A DNA stretch of 64,000 nt from Elsinoe ampelina (lineage: Eukaryota), in contig ML992511.1 in NCBI GenBank assembly GCA_010093995.1, positions 850,155 to 914,154 of the forward strand, in the 5' to 3' direction. The translations under genes were made by a program, and so were the position numbers. Below the pieces are notes generated by a model. That model was given only the letters and a program-made list of their open reading frames with translations. It was not told where the DNA came from and did no database searches. Shown in pieces: positions 14,520-26,840 of the stretch (positions are counted from its first letter, which is position 1; the number at the start of each line of letters is the position of its first letter).

Positions 14520-15442
14520 CTCGCTATTGCCTTCCTAGTAGAGCTAGGTAAGGAATAAAGCACATTTATAATTATATAGAATGTACTATTAACTACCTAT
14601 TCCGCGGAATGTATAGCCTTTACTCTACTCTACTACTTAATTCTATATATAGCAATTATAAAGTCTAGATAATTAGATAGTAGTATATTACTTTCTTTAT
14701 TCCTTTACTAGTATCTATAAGCTATACTATACGCTATATATACTATGCCCTTTATTCCGCTATAGGCTACTAACTACCTTCTATTTATGTTCTATTACTA
14801 TTATCCTTTATATATAAATACTAGTTTTGCTATTAAAATATTATTTAATTATTTTACATTAACTACTACTATATTCCCTCTATTTATTAGACTATTATTC
14901 CTTAAGATCTACCCTAAATACAATAATAGTATCCTTAGTACATATAGCATGTAAAATAAAAGGTAACTAAGTATATAGACTATAGTTACTCTTAGTTTAG
15001 TATCTAAACTAAGTAATCTACTATTATATATATACTATATCTAGTATACTACTACGTGCTTAGTTTAGGGCCTGACCTAAGTCGACTAAATTTAAGTTAC
15101 TTCTCTCCTTAATTGCTTTAGTTTACCTTTGTTTATACTCTCTTATATATAAATAAATAACTTATGTAGCTCTCTAGTATTTCTTTAACCTCTTTAACTT
15201 CTCTTTTAAGCGCTTTTTACTTAAATATCTCCTCTTTAGTTAAGTCTTAGTTAGGTATATATTATAAAGTATATAGACTTACTATATTAATAAATCCTCT
15301 TCTTAATTCTTCTAAACTTATAAATATATAACACCTTTATAGAATCTTTTCTTTAATATCTACTATACCTACTTAACCTATTTACTAGATATTATTCTAA
15401 GCTTTATTTATAGCATATACTAAGCTTATAGACGTACGTAAT

Positions 15443-18400
15443 ATGTCTAAGAATTAGCTTAATAGCGCTAGTATAGCTACTAATAACATTCCGCTCTATA
15501 AAAGACCTTCTATAGAAATTTAAGTATAGCTTAATAAAAACCTTAAGATTAAGAGATTCTTCCTTAAATTCTTTAACTAGAATAATAACTAGTACGCTAC
15601 TACACGCGTAAGAGCGTAGAAAGAATATAAGAATGCCTATATAGTTCTAGGACTTAAATATAAGGAACCTTAGGATAGTAATATTAATATAACTATAATT
15701 ATAAATAACATTAAAACTTCTCTACGATACTCTTAGGATAACTATACAAAGATCTTCTTTTAAAGACTATACTATTAAGACTAAGACTAGTTTAAGAGGA
15801 ACGTTAGAAACTATAATAATATATCTAGTTATAATATTATTAAAGATTTTATCCTTACTATTAAGGCGTAAGAGCTTAGGAATAAGAAGAATTAGACTAA
15901 AGTAGATAAGAAGGCTTATCCTAAGAAGCATATTAGAAAGTACCCCTCCGCTACCTAGTCTAATAGTAGACTCTCCGAAAGATTAGAGACTTCTATACTT
16001 AGTAGCAAACTTATAGGTATAGATATTAATTACCGTACTAGTTAGCCTATATATTAGTAGTAAATGCTAAAGGACATGTCTTGTCTAGTCTAGAGTATTA
16101 TTAATAAAACTATTATTGACTTTATAATTATTAAGTAATTAAACATTAGCCCGGGTATAATTATAAAGAGAGGATATTTATGTTGTCTATAGGCGTTTAG
16201 TCTAAGAATTTTAAAGTTATATCTAGGGGATTATAATCTAAACATATATAGCTTTAACAATATTAGGCTATTTCTAAAGAAGAAGAAAATAGTTAGTAAT
16301 AATATTATTCTTATATAGATAGATTATATAGAGCTATATAACATTCTACCTATCTTAGACAACTATAACCTATATACCGCTATAATTAACTATATTAACT
16401 CCCTAGTTAAAGGTAGTAATATAATCTTTGTCTATCTTACACCTAGTACAGATCTAGTTAAGAAGCTCCCTAAAGAAGTACTTTATAAGTTTAATACTTA
16501 GTTCGACTTAGGTGTATACTAATATACTTAGTTAACTCTCTTTAGTATTATAATAGTTAGAAGCTATCAACTCTAGTCTAGGAGGAAGAGGAAGAGGAAC
16601 CTCTAGCCCCTCTATCTCTAGCTAAGCGCCTACTACTACGTAAATCTACCCCTAAGAAGTAACTTAGCTCTCTACTACCTAATAAGAATAATACTACTAT
16701 TAACTATCGTCCTACTCGGGTAATAGAAGACAAATACTATAAGTAATGCCGAGATAGCAATTAGTATCTCTTTATAATTATACTTAGCAAGGAGCAAGTA
16801 AGGTACTATATTCTATTAGTCTCTAAGATACTATCTATACCTATTCTAGCGCTTATAACTTGTACATTTAATAAGACTCTTAGTAGCTCGAACTTTGTTA
16901 AACTTTATACTATAAACAATAATAACAATAAGTAAACTAGTAATAATCTAGCTAACTAAAGCTTTATCCCTATAGGCACTAGAATTAATTACTAGTCCGA
17001 AGAGTTCTAGGAGAGAGTCTATAACTTTATAGGCTTTAAGAAAGACATCTACTTACCGAACGCTAGTATATAGTGTTTTAGTTAGAATAAGAAGTATCTA
17101 GTCGAGGTAGTATAGATATACTTAGCGCTTATTACACTTAAGAAATACCTTAAAGGCTATCTAGTATTTATATTTATATATAAGATAGAATTTAGAAAGA
17201 CTCTAATAGGACTCTTCTTTCTCTTACTAATTCGAAACTTAAATAAAAAGGTTATCTAGGATGCTAACTATACTACTATACCTAAGGACAAGTAGAGTAA
17301 GTACTAGAAGGTAAAGACACTAGTTAATAAGCTATAGCTAGATATTGCTTCTACAAATACTATTAGCTATAATCTAATTATTAGCGGATTAAACGTAATA
17401 AAATAGTAGGCGTAGGAGATATAGAAGTTTATATCTAATATAAAGGTCGTCCTATGCTAGGGGAGAATATTCTAAGCTATACGAGAAGATAAGTATAGTA
17501 ACGTATATAACATAGATACTTTAATTCGCAAAGAGGATCTACCTATAGGCTACTACTAATAGGAGTCTTAGCTAATAGATAAGTCTAGTAAGCCTATCGA
17601 CACTATTATAGTCTTATAACTAGTTAATATACATAAGTAACACCCCCGAACCTTATAGATAAATAATTAGTTCTTCTTTACTACTTATAATACTATAATC
17701 TACTACTTCCTTAGTAAGAATAACATAAACACTAAGGATTAAGACTTTATTTCTAAGGGATAAGAGAGAAAGCTAAGGTCTACGCCTATAAACTAGGCCG
17801 CTATTATCTTTAATAAGTTCTATTAGGTTACTAGCTAGAAGACGTAGACCTAGTTTTGTCTAGGAATGCTACTAGAGAGGCCTTTTATACTAGGTATAAG
17901 CGAGATACTATTTATTAAGTACTTAAATATAGTAGCGTTCTTAATAGCGGCTATATATAAGAACTTTAGATTAGAAAAGCTCGATATAAATAGAAGTAGA
18001 ATAGGAGAATTTAACAAGAACTATATCTATAAATCTAGGTAGGAGCTAACTAAGGCTAAGAATAATAAATATTAAGTAACACCGAAGATAACACTAGATA
18101 AGACTTAATAAGCTATTACTAATAAGCTTAACTTCTAAATAGTATTAGACTATACCTTTATAATTAATAAATAGTATAAGGCAAATAACAACTCTAGTAA
18201 GTTTAATAAAAAGAGAAGTATATAGTTTATAGAAGAGATTATAGCAATAGTTAGTAAATAGAGCACTATTCTTATAAATATTCTTATTAAGATAAATATA
18301 GACTATATCTAGAAACCTTTTAATACTACTCCTAGTCTACTAGCTATTAGAGTTCTACTATATTCTACCTTCGACCTAGAGATCGCTATCGAGAATAAGT

Positions 18401-19420
18401 ATCTTTATAGTCTTATAAATACATAGAAGAAGATTAAACGGGATATAGATAAGAGTATATAAGAGGCAATTAATAGGTAAAAGGACAAATCCGACAAGCC
18501 CGAAGTAATATTAGAGACAATCCTTAATAAGCAGACTAAGGAGTAAATACTAAGCCTAGTTATACCGCTACTACTTTTCTCTATGTTTCTTACTCTTATA
18601 GATATATTCTAGAATAATCCCGCAGTCGTAGAAGAGTTTAGTAACTTTACTATTAAGTTTGCCTACGAAATTATATATAACCTCTTAGAGATAGCGCTAT
18701 AGTAGTACATAGACAAGATCTATGCTAGTTCTTAGATAAAGGTCCTTTATAGTGTTATTTCTAAGATTATTAAGTAGAACATCTCCTATTTAAAGGAGCT
18801 AAAGAGGTAAGTAATTGTCTATACATTTATACTATTAGTGCTAGTAGTTGCTATAATAGTTAGTTTAGTCTATTTAGTCTATTTAGGTTATTACTAATAA
18901 GGGTATAGTATCTAAAATAGCTCGAGAAGCACCTAGACAGTAAAGCAATTAGGATTAATAAGAATACTAATATAGTTGTTATCTACTATAGAATAACATC
19001 TATACCTGCCTATATAGACATTATTAACATAGCTATATCTAATAATACATTTATCGAACCTAATAGACTAGAAGGCTTAAGGATCTTAATTGCCTAGAGT
19101 AGAGCTATTAAGACTAGTCTTAATCTAAACTACTTCGATACTATAATCTTGCTCGATATAGCATTAGTATTATAATTCGTCCTTTAGTGTCTAGCTTAGG
19201 TCCGTAGGAATATTAAGTCTTAGAAAGCTAACTATATAGAGGCGTTTATAATAAAGCTAATAGCTCTATTCTATAGGCCTCTAGAATAGCTTAATAGTAG
19301 ATAGAGTAGGCCGTCGATAATATAGAAGGTTATCTATAAGGAAATAGAGAAGTAGAGGGTAGAGATCTAGAAACTTTAATAAGCTATAGCAAAGAAGAAT
19401 ACAATTATTATAGATAATAA
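15443..19420 (+). pseudogene. SNF2-family (SF2) helicase/ATPase-like gene, RIP-inactivated
   Basis: In one frame: YKIEFRKTL -> HEMGFGKTL (motif I, 17179), IIFNKFY -> IIFDEFH (motif II, 17803-17823), FLIAA -> FLTAA (motif III, 17938). After a probable intron (~18808): RILIAQSGAIKTGLNLNCFDTVILLD and QCLARVRR (motifs V/VI, ~19080-19210). The 5' extent is uncertain. Confidence 0.8.
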
Positions 19421-19922
19421 TTAAGATTACTAGATAATAGTCTAACTATATTACCTAAAAATGCAATTCTTTAGTTTAGTAGACTAATTTAGTTCCCTAT
19501 GTATGTTAAACTATCTTTTAGGTTACCTAATATAATATAGTATCTAAACGTTTTCTACTTTCTACTATTACTAAAATTTAGCTAGCTAACTCTAACTACA
19601 AATTTAGATCTTAAGCAATAAACATAGATATACTAAGGCAAATTAGTAAATGCTTAGCCTATAGGAAGATTATATAATCTAGTAGAGGCCTTATCTAACA
19701 TCTACTATATTACTAGAGGAGAGAGCTACTAATAAGTAACATAGCGTAAGTCTTACTAGAGTAATATAGCAATAGACATCTACGTAGAGATAATACTAGT
19801 AATAATCCTTACTTATTTAATAAGGGAGAGCGCTTACTATCTAATAAAGGCTAACGAGGTAGTATTACTAGTAATATATAACATAGTCCGCTAATGCTAA
19901 ATAACTTACTAGTCTACTTTAC

Positions 19923-20396
19923 TCCGCTACGAATAATAGTAACTAAGAATTAAACTAAACACTAGAGTAGAAACGAAAGTCTATAGCTAGTAGAGGGTGT
20001 CCTTCCCTCTTTACCTACTATATAGTATAGTATAGCGGACAATTCTCTTAGTCTCTTTACTAACCTCGACCCTCGATCTTTAGTATATAGAATAGATAGT
20101 AATAGTAATAGTAGGCTTAATAGTGACGTATATAAGGAAGAGGAGGGTATAGACGAGGTTATAATAGAAGGCATACACGAGGAAGAGTAAGTAATTATAG
20201 TAAGTATAACTAGTAGCACGTCTATAGGATAGAGTACTAGGAGGTTGTCCTTATCTAGTAGAGCTATATCCAATTATACTACGTTCGAGATAGCTACTAG
20301 TATACTAGCTAGTAGCGAAAAGTTAGTTATAGATATAGTTTATCCTTAGTTTATATTAACTAATCTTGTCTAGATCTTTCTAAGTCTATAATATAT
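19923..20396 (+). repeat. direct repeat B, copy 2
   Basis: Matches 12481-12954. Confidence 0.9.
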
Positions 20397-21673
20397 ATAC
20401 TAACACCGACGATAAACTAAATTACAATTAGTTAGGCGAGACTTAACTAAAGGAAGCCTTTATTAGCAGTATAGACGTAGGTCTTACCTAGTAGCTTATA
20501 AAGGAGAAACTTAGTAGAGCTATAATTATATAATTACTTAAAGACCTACGTATATAACCTCTAGTAGAGAGCCTTAGTTAGTAAACTACAAATAAACTAA
20601 TAGAGAAGATAGAGAATTTAGATACGAGCGGGGGTATTAATAGCTAGCAGACCTTAAGCTTTATACTAAATACTAATTGTAGGCCTAAAAGACACACGTT
20701 CTAGTATCTAGATATTCTTATAGCGATATACTTCTTACTTAGCTATTGCAGTTTCGTAGTAGATATAGACTATAGCCTATATAGAGTCTTTATAGAAGCT
20801 GTTAAGGGTAAGCTACTATAATAAGTGTATACCGAAATAGTAAGTAGTAACTAGTAGTAGGACATACAAAAGCGACTTAGAATACTAGGGGCTACTATTA
20901 TTCTATTAATTGTCGCAAGTAATTAGACCTAGGTAATAAACCATTAAGGAGATCTTATAGCATATGCTATCTATCTATTATTAGGCAACCTAAAGGTAGA
21001 AGCATATAATAGCAACTACTAGCTAGGGTAGTTACTAATCGGCTTACTTTCTATTATTAAAGATAGTAGTAATATTATTAAGGAGAAGACCTACTACGCT
21101 TATATAAAGAAAATCTTTAACGCTATTATTAATTACTACTTAAGAGGGGGTAAAATAATCTCCTATACGGATAAAAAGAAGTAGAGGTACTTCTCTATAC
21201 TTACTACTATACCTACGAATTACGCCGAATAGGTTACTATAACCAGTATAAAGTTACTATATTATTGTATAAGTTGCCTAATTAGTAAGGACGAAAGAGA
21301 GGACCTAGTAGTTACTATGCCGTTCTAAACTTACTACTCTATATAGTAATAATAGTGCTTATAGAGAGAAGCACGTAAGAGTTAATAGTAAGGTAAGAAG
21401 ATAGATATAAGCTCTTAGGTTTATATAGTTAGTTACTTCGCATAGGATCTTCTATATACTAATATTTACTACGTAATAGTGCTAGATATTCTATACTAAC
21501 TTCTTAAAGGCGTTTTAATGCACGTCTTATACTAGACTCGAAAATTGCTCTAGAATTTAATACTTATATAGAGATTACTACGGTATATAAAGGCTAGAGA
21601 GACTATATAGCGAATAGGCTACTAGCGCTTAGTAAAGGAGATTATACTTAATATTATTAATAAGCGTTTTAAC
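20032..21673 (+). pseudogene. Plavaka-family transposase, 5' part (interrupted by hAT insertion)
   Basis: De-RIP: YTEMASGDWWWDMQKRL..GATIIPLIVASDQTQV..GDLIAYAIYLSLGNL (20828-20990), LLIGLLP, ADYAEQV, PDILHQLLKGV (~21480), IIDKRF at the break; probable intron ~20322-20373. Confidence 0.88.
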
Positions 21674-22499
21674 TAGTGTAACTATTAGGGCGGGGTTAGC
21701 CCCTTTAGGTTTAGTACTGTACTAGGGTTTAGGTTAGCCTCTAGCTAGCGTAGTGCTACTAAGGGCTTAGTAGTACTAGCACTAGCTCCGCACCGTAGCT
21801 ATAATAGTACTATACTAGCACTAGGTATAGGTTAGGTTATATACATTCTAGACGTAGTATAGTACTAGGTTAGGTCGGCAGATAAGTAGTGTAGTGCTAT
21901 TAAGTCCTTAGCGTACCTTTACTAGCACTATACTAGAGTTGCTATTCTTATAGTAAATTCTTATAGTAACTACTATATCCTATAACTCTTATTACTTTTC
22001 CGCTCTAAACGCTTAAAGTTATAGTAGGTAAAGGATACTAGAGAGAAGTAAAAGTTATTAATTATTAACCCTTATATACAATTATAACCTAATAGTAATT
22101 TATAGAAGATTAACCTAATTAATATTATCTATATAACCCCTATAAGCCTATTTTATATACTTAGCTAGCAAGCCGTATACTACCTAGAACTAATACTTTA
22201 TTATCTTATTATTTGCTTTATCCGGAGAATATTCTATCCTTAGCAAGTTTACCCTTATATAAATTATAACTCTTAACTAGTAAACCGGAGTACTAAAGCT
22301 ATTAGGTAGAGTCTAAGACTAGAATAATTAGTTCTAGGCAGTTTAGCCTTTCTACTAACTTATAGTATAGTTGCGAATTGCCTTAATGCTATTAGATTAC
22401 TAGTTAATAGTAAGTATAAGGCTGTCTAGGGCCTTAATCTCTACCTAAAGGTTGTTAATAAATTTATAGTAAGTAATATTAGCCTAACGAATAATAGAG

Positions 22500-24050
22500 G
22501 GGCGAGTAGTAGACATAGTAGTAGATTTGCTTAAATTCTAGCAACTGTTAGTATAAGTTATACTATAGCGACGTAAAGGCATACTAGATAGTTATTTAAA
22601 TATTCCTAAGGAGAGAAAGAAGTAACTTAGCTAATAATCTACTTATATCCCTTAGTATAATAATAGCTATTGTTTGATAATAGCTATTGTTAGTATTGTT
22701 GTTTTTTTATAATAGATAATAGCTATTATCTATATTATTGTTCTTATAATAGGTAATACTAGATATATATACCTTTTAGTTACTATTTCTCTTTCTTTCT
22801 CTTAAACCTCTCTTTCTCGTTGTTTAATACCTCCTTCTATAATGCCTCCTTCTTATACTTAACTCTATCTCGACCTAGTAGATCTAATTCTCTTTTAGCC
22901 TTATAAGATAACTTCTAGTAACTACGCTAGGCCCTTACACCTACGTTGGTATAAAGCCTATATCTACTATATAACTCTTATATATCTTAACTTTAATAAC
23001 AACTACGAAATCTAAGCTAAATATATCTATAATAACTATAGAGGTTCGGCACTTCGCTATAAAGCCTACTATACTTATAATACCTCTTACAACTTTATAG
23101 GTGTTTCTAATCTAATCTTTCTCTATGATCTAACGAATATTAGTATAATATCTTATAGACTAATAACATCTTTAACCTAATTAACATATAGCGTACTATT
23201 AATTGTCTTATTCTTAACAGAAGAGTAGATCTACTCTTGCTCTTTACTATACGCTATAACGTTAAACGTAAGTAGGAGAAGTTAGATTATATTAACAATA
23301 GCGATAATAGTATTTCTTCTAATAACTAATCTAATTAAGGTAGCGTAGTTAAAGCGTCGGCAGGCCGATAGCTTTAGATAGTTATTAATAATATAGACTT
23401 ACACTTTATAAAGACTTAATTACGTTGCCTTTTCCTATAAGTAACTAAAATTAACTATAATAATAGCGTATATAAGCTCTTAAAGTAGGAGTGTTTATAT
23501 TACCTCTAGCTACACTAGTAGTTATATTACTACCCTAGGTAGCACTATTAGTACTAGCGGTAGAAGTACCTCCCTCGTTGTTCTCTTTACTATCGGTGTT
23601 ATTCTAGAAAGTAACTTAACTATTATCGGGCTTAAACCTAGTAAGGAAGTTAGAAGTATAATAAGGTAGATATTAGTAATAGCGTAGAGAGTAGCGTTAG
23701 TAATAAGTTAGCTAAGGTCGTAGGTGCCGTAGTAGAGGTAGTTATTAAGGTTAATAATAAGGAGAGTAGCGCGGAGATTAGTTATAGCTTTAGCCTTTGT
23801 ATTATAGTTAATCTATATAATTTTCTTATTAACGTTTTTATAAGCAAATCTAGTATAACTAACATAGATACAAATATAGTTATGTTAAAGATACTAGCGG
23901 GCAAAGGAATAAGCTTCCTTAGGGTAGCTAACGAAGGGGGACTATTAGTATTAGTAGGTAAGATTATATATAGTAATAGAGAAGGTACGCGCGGAAGTGC
24001 TTTAGAGTAGGTGTCGGCATAGATACTATAAGAGCGTTATTGCTTAGAGG
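22500..24050 (-). pseudogene. accessory ORF of the hAT element (Pro-rich plus charged coiled-coil), RIP-degraded
   Basis: Minus strand gives Lys/Glu-rich helical sequence at ~22770-23100 preceded by low-complexity sequence; no domain recognised. Confidence 0.4.
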
Positions 24051-24099
24051 CTATTAACTAGATATGCTTAGAATACTAGCCTCTAACCTTAGTAACGTT

Positions 24100-25750
24100 A
24101 TATAGTAGATCTTTGTCCTTATTATACTCTTCTTCCTCGTTAACCTCTTTATTACTTAAACTATAAGTAGTAATATCTCTAAAGTTGTTACTTATACTAT
24201 CTATTCCGCTATTAGTATTATTATTAGCAGTAGTAAAATTGTCTATCTTAGCTAATTAGATGTTTTAAAGATTGTTTTCTACTAGCTTAGAGACTATAAT
24301 TTGTTAAATTGTCTATAGAAGTAGTCTATATCTTTAATCGCTAATAACATTCTTTACTATATTAAAAATATATTTAACACCTACGCCGGCGATTAGTATT
24401 ATAAGAATATTATAAGTAATACAAGCTAGTCGTAGAAATAAGTGCTTATTTTCTTTCTACTAAGAAAGAATATTAAATTCTAATATTTCTTATATAGGTA
24501 GAGTTCTAAGATAATCCTTCCTTTCTATCCTTATTATATAGATGTCGCTCTACCCTTACGAAAGTATATTATCTTAGCTAGATACTAGAGGTGTAAAGCT
24601 ACTTCTCGTATTTAACAAGGAAGGCTTCTTAAACTAGTAAGTAATAGACGAGGCTAGTAGAGGAGGTAGGAGAGTAGTTTAAAAAGGGTAGTTATTATTA
24701 TAACAATCGAGGTAGTTAAGGAACTATTTATAGTAAAGCAATTTAAAATATAGTTCCTACGAAGTATACTTATACGCACTAAGTTTCTAAGTTAGATCTA
24801 AGATTATACTATAATTAAACAAGAAACCTTAACCTCTACTTGTTTGCTTATAATACTTAGAAAGCTTAGTATAACTAGCTTTCGCTATATTTTATATAAC
24901 TAATAGCTAGTCTAAGTTGTTATCCTCTTCCTAAGTAGACTTAACTATATTAAGGAAGTCGAAAAGGGTATTATACATAAGCTATATATATTGTACTAAT
25001 AGTGTATAAGACTAACTTAGCTAGTTAGTTACATTCTTAAAATTCTCTAGTATTTAGACGACAATCTTTAGATATGCCTATTTAGCATAGCCGAGGTAAA
25101 GGCGTTTTATATCTATATAATTAATAGATGCTATGTCTTAATTAGCTAGCGCTTTATTAGTTTAGGGCTTATATGCAATTACAATCTCTACGTTAAGCTA
25201 TTTATTAATAATTAGTTAAAGTTTAATAGCTCGCTTATATATATTATATATTAAGTTCTAATAGGTGTAAATATCCCGAACGACTAAGAGTCGTTTATAA
25301 GGAGGTAGATACGCTTAAAGAGATTTAAAGTGTTAGTAGCGTTAAGAGAATTAGTTAATTATAATATAAATCGTATAGAGCTTTAAAATTAGTTAAAAAA
25401 CTATAAGAAAGAACTATAAGAAATATAACTTACTTTATAGAGAGAATTCGGAACTAATAGAGTTATTTAAATATTATAGAGATGCTACTTCTTAAGCTTA
25501 TTAGCTTTCTTATTGTCCTCGGTAGTTTCTAGCTATAGAGCTTAAATAATATCTTATATAATAAGATTAATTACATAGGCTAGATATAGAATTATATTCT
25601 TAATAGAGGACTAGTATATATTCTTCTTCTTAAGACCTTATTATACTTTAGATCGTAGAGTGTTATTATTGCTTATATTGTCCGCTATAATAGTAAGAAG
25701 ATATATGTTAATCTTTTTTTTATTTAGAACTCTTAGTAGTTCTATACTAA
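24100..25750 (-). pseudogene. hAT transposase, 3' part
   Basis: De-RIP: LLAITADNASNN (~25700), PCLAHVINL (~25585), VVRDICTRWNSTY (~25280), and C-terminal dimerisation motif FPRLACIARDILAIPIAGVGVERIFN (~24440-24360); intron 25381-25433. Confidence 0.9.
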
Positions 25751-26213
25751 TGTCACGAACCGTCTAAATATAGCCTACGCTAGTAGTCTAAGCTAAGCCA
25801 AGAACGAGGTAGTTCTACTTCTATAGTAGTATAGCACTAAGGTAAGAGTTAGAGAAGGTATGTCTTATAGATAATAAAGTACAATTAGATAGTATTATAA
25901 AGGCTAGCCTTAGTAATACTAGTGTTTGCTATCTAGACGAGGTTAACTATAGTACTTATATAAGGTAAGGACTACTCCTATATATATGTATTCTTTACTA
26001 CGTACTCTATATACTCTATGTGCTCTATAGCGAGAATCGGAGGCAATATAGAGTATACGTCCGCTAGTAACCTACGTACTCTATAGTCCCCGGGGTAGAG
26101 CTACTAGAGAAGATAGAGAACCGGGTAAATGTCGGGCTAGGTTACGTAATAACCTTAGTAGTTTAATTAGTCCTAACATCTCTACGCTTTAGCTGTCCTA
26201 CTAGTTTATAACA
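25751..26213 (-). repeat. gypsy copy 1, 3' LTR
   Basis: TGTCACGAAC...GTTTATAACA; adjacent to the reverse-complement PPT TTACTCTCCTCCCTT. Confidence 0.95.
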
Positions 26214-26287
26214 TTACTCTCCTCCCTTAATTAAGTTATTCTAACAAGTAAGTATTCTTCTTTATCCTTATACGCTATATACTAAAT

Positions 26288-26840
26288 ATGCCTCCTAGTT
26301 GTTAAAGGTATAGTAAATCTAGTATATTTATATAAAAGAACCTCTCGAAGTTTATTAAATTGTTTAGAACTAACATACTATAAGCTTACTCTCGTTATAA
26401 GTCGAAAGGGCTAGACTATAAAGTCTATATTTAGTTAGGTATTTATAGCTAGTGTATTACGAGTAACTACTTAGGTTATAATATTTAAGTAACAAAATTA
26501 GAATAGTAGCGTCTCTAGTCTAAGTATATTTATTTGCGAAAGGAATTAGTTATAGCTAAGGCTACTAGAAAGGAAGCTAAAGAAGCTTATAAAAAGGTAA
26601 AAAAGGCTTATTAAAGAGCTATAGGTAATAAGCTTTACCTACGCGAAGAGATGTAAAAGTTAGAGGACAAGGTAGAGAAAGTAATTTCTCTAGAAGAGAC
26701 CTGTATTTAAGTCTTAGAGTAGGAGGAAATACTATCGTTAGTAGATCCCGTCCTACTATAGGACTAGTAATTATTTATGCCTAACTCTAATTAGAGTTTC
26801 TTACTTAACAACGATTAAGGTGCTTCTATTAGTTAAGTAA
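26288..26840 (+). pseudogene. antisense Cys-rich plus coiled-coil ORF of gypsy copy 1
   Basis: ATG at 26288; frame de-RIPs to MPP...ACSRCKSKGLDCKVHIRSGICGQCVASNCSGCD..EWQRLQSE..RLRKEL..ELRLREEMQKLEDK..ISLEE; 3' end uncertain. Confidence 0.7.

Noticed and set aside
2135..20273. Five short ORF-track calls in the AT-rich block (2135, 9867, 12508, 14339, 19962)
   Set aside because: Leu/Ile/Tyr/Ser-rich chance frames produced by RIP, mostly antisense to or fragments of TE pseudogenes.
21700..21740. Telomere-like TTAGG/TAGGG words
   Set aside because: Not a tandem TTAGGG tract; part of the RIP-altered hAT subterminal region.
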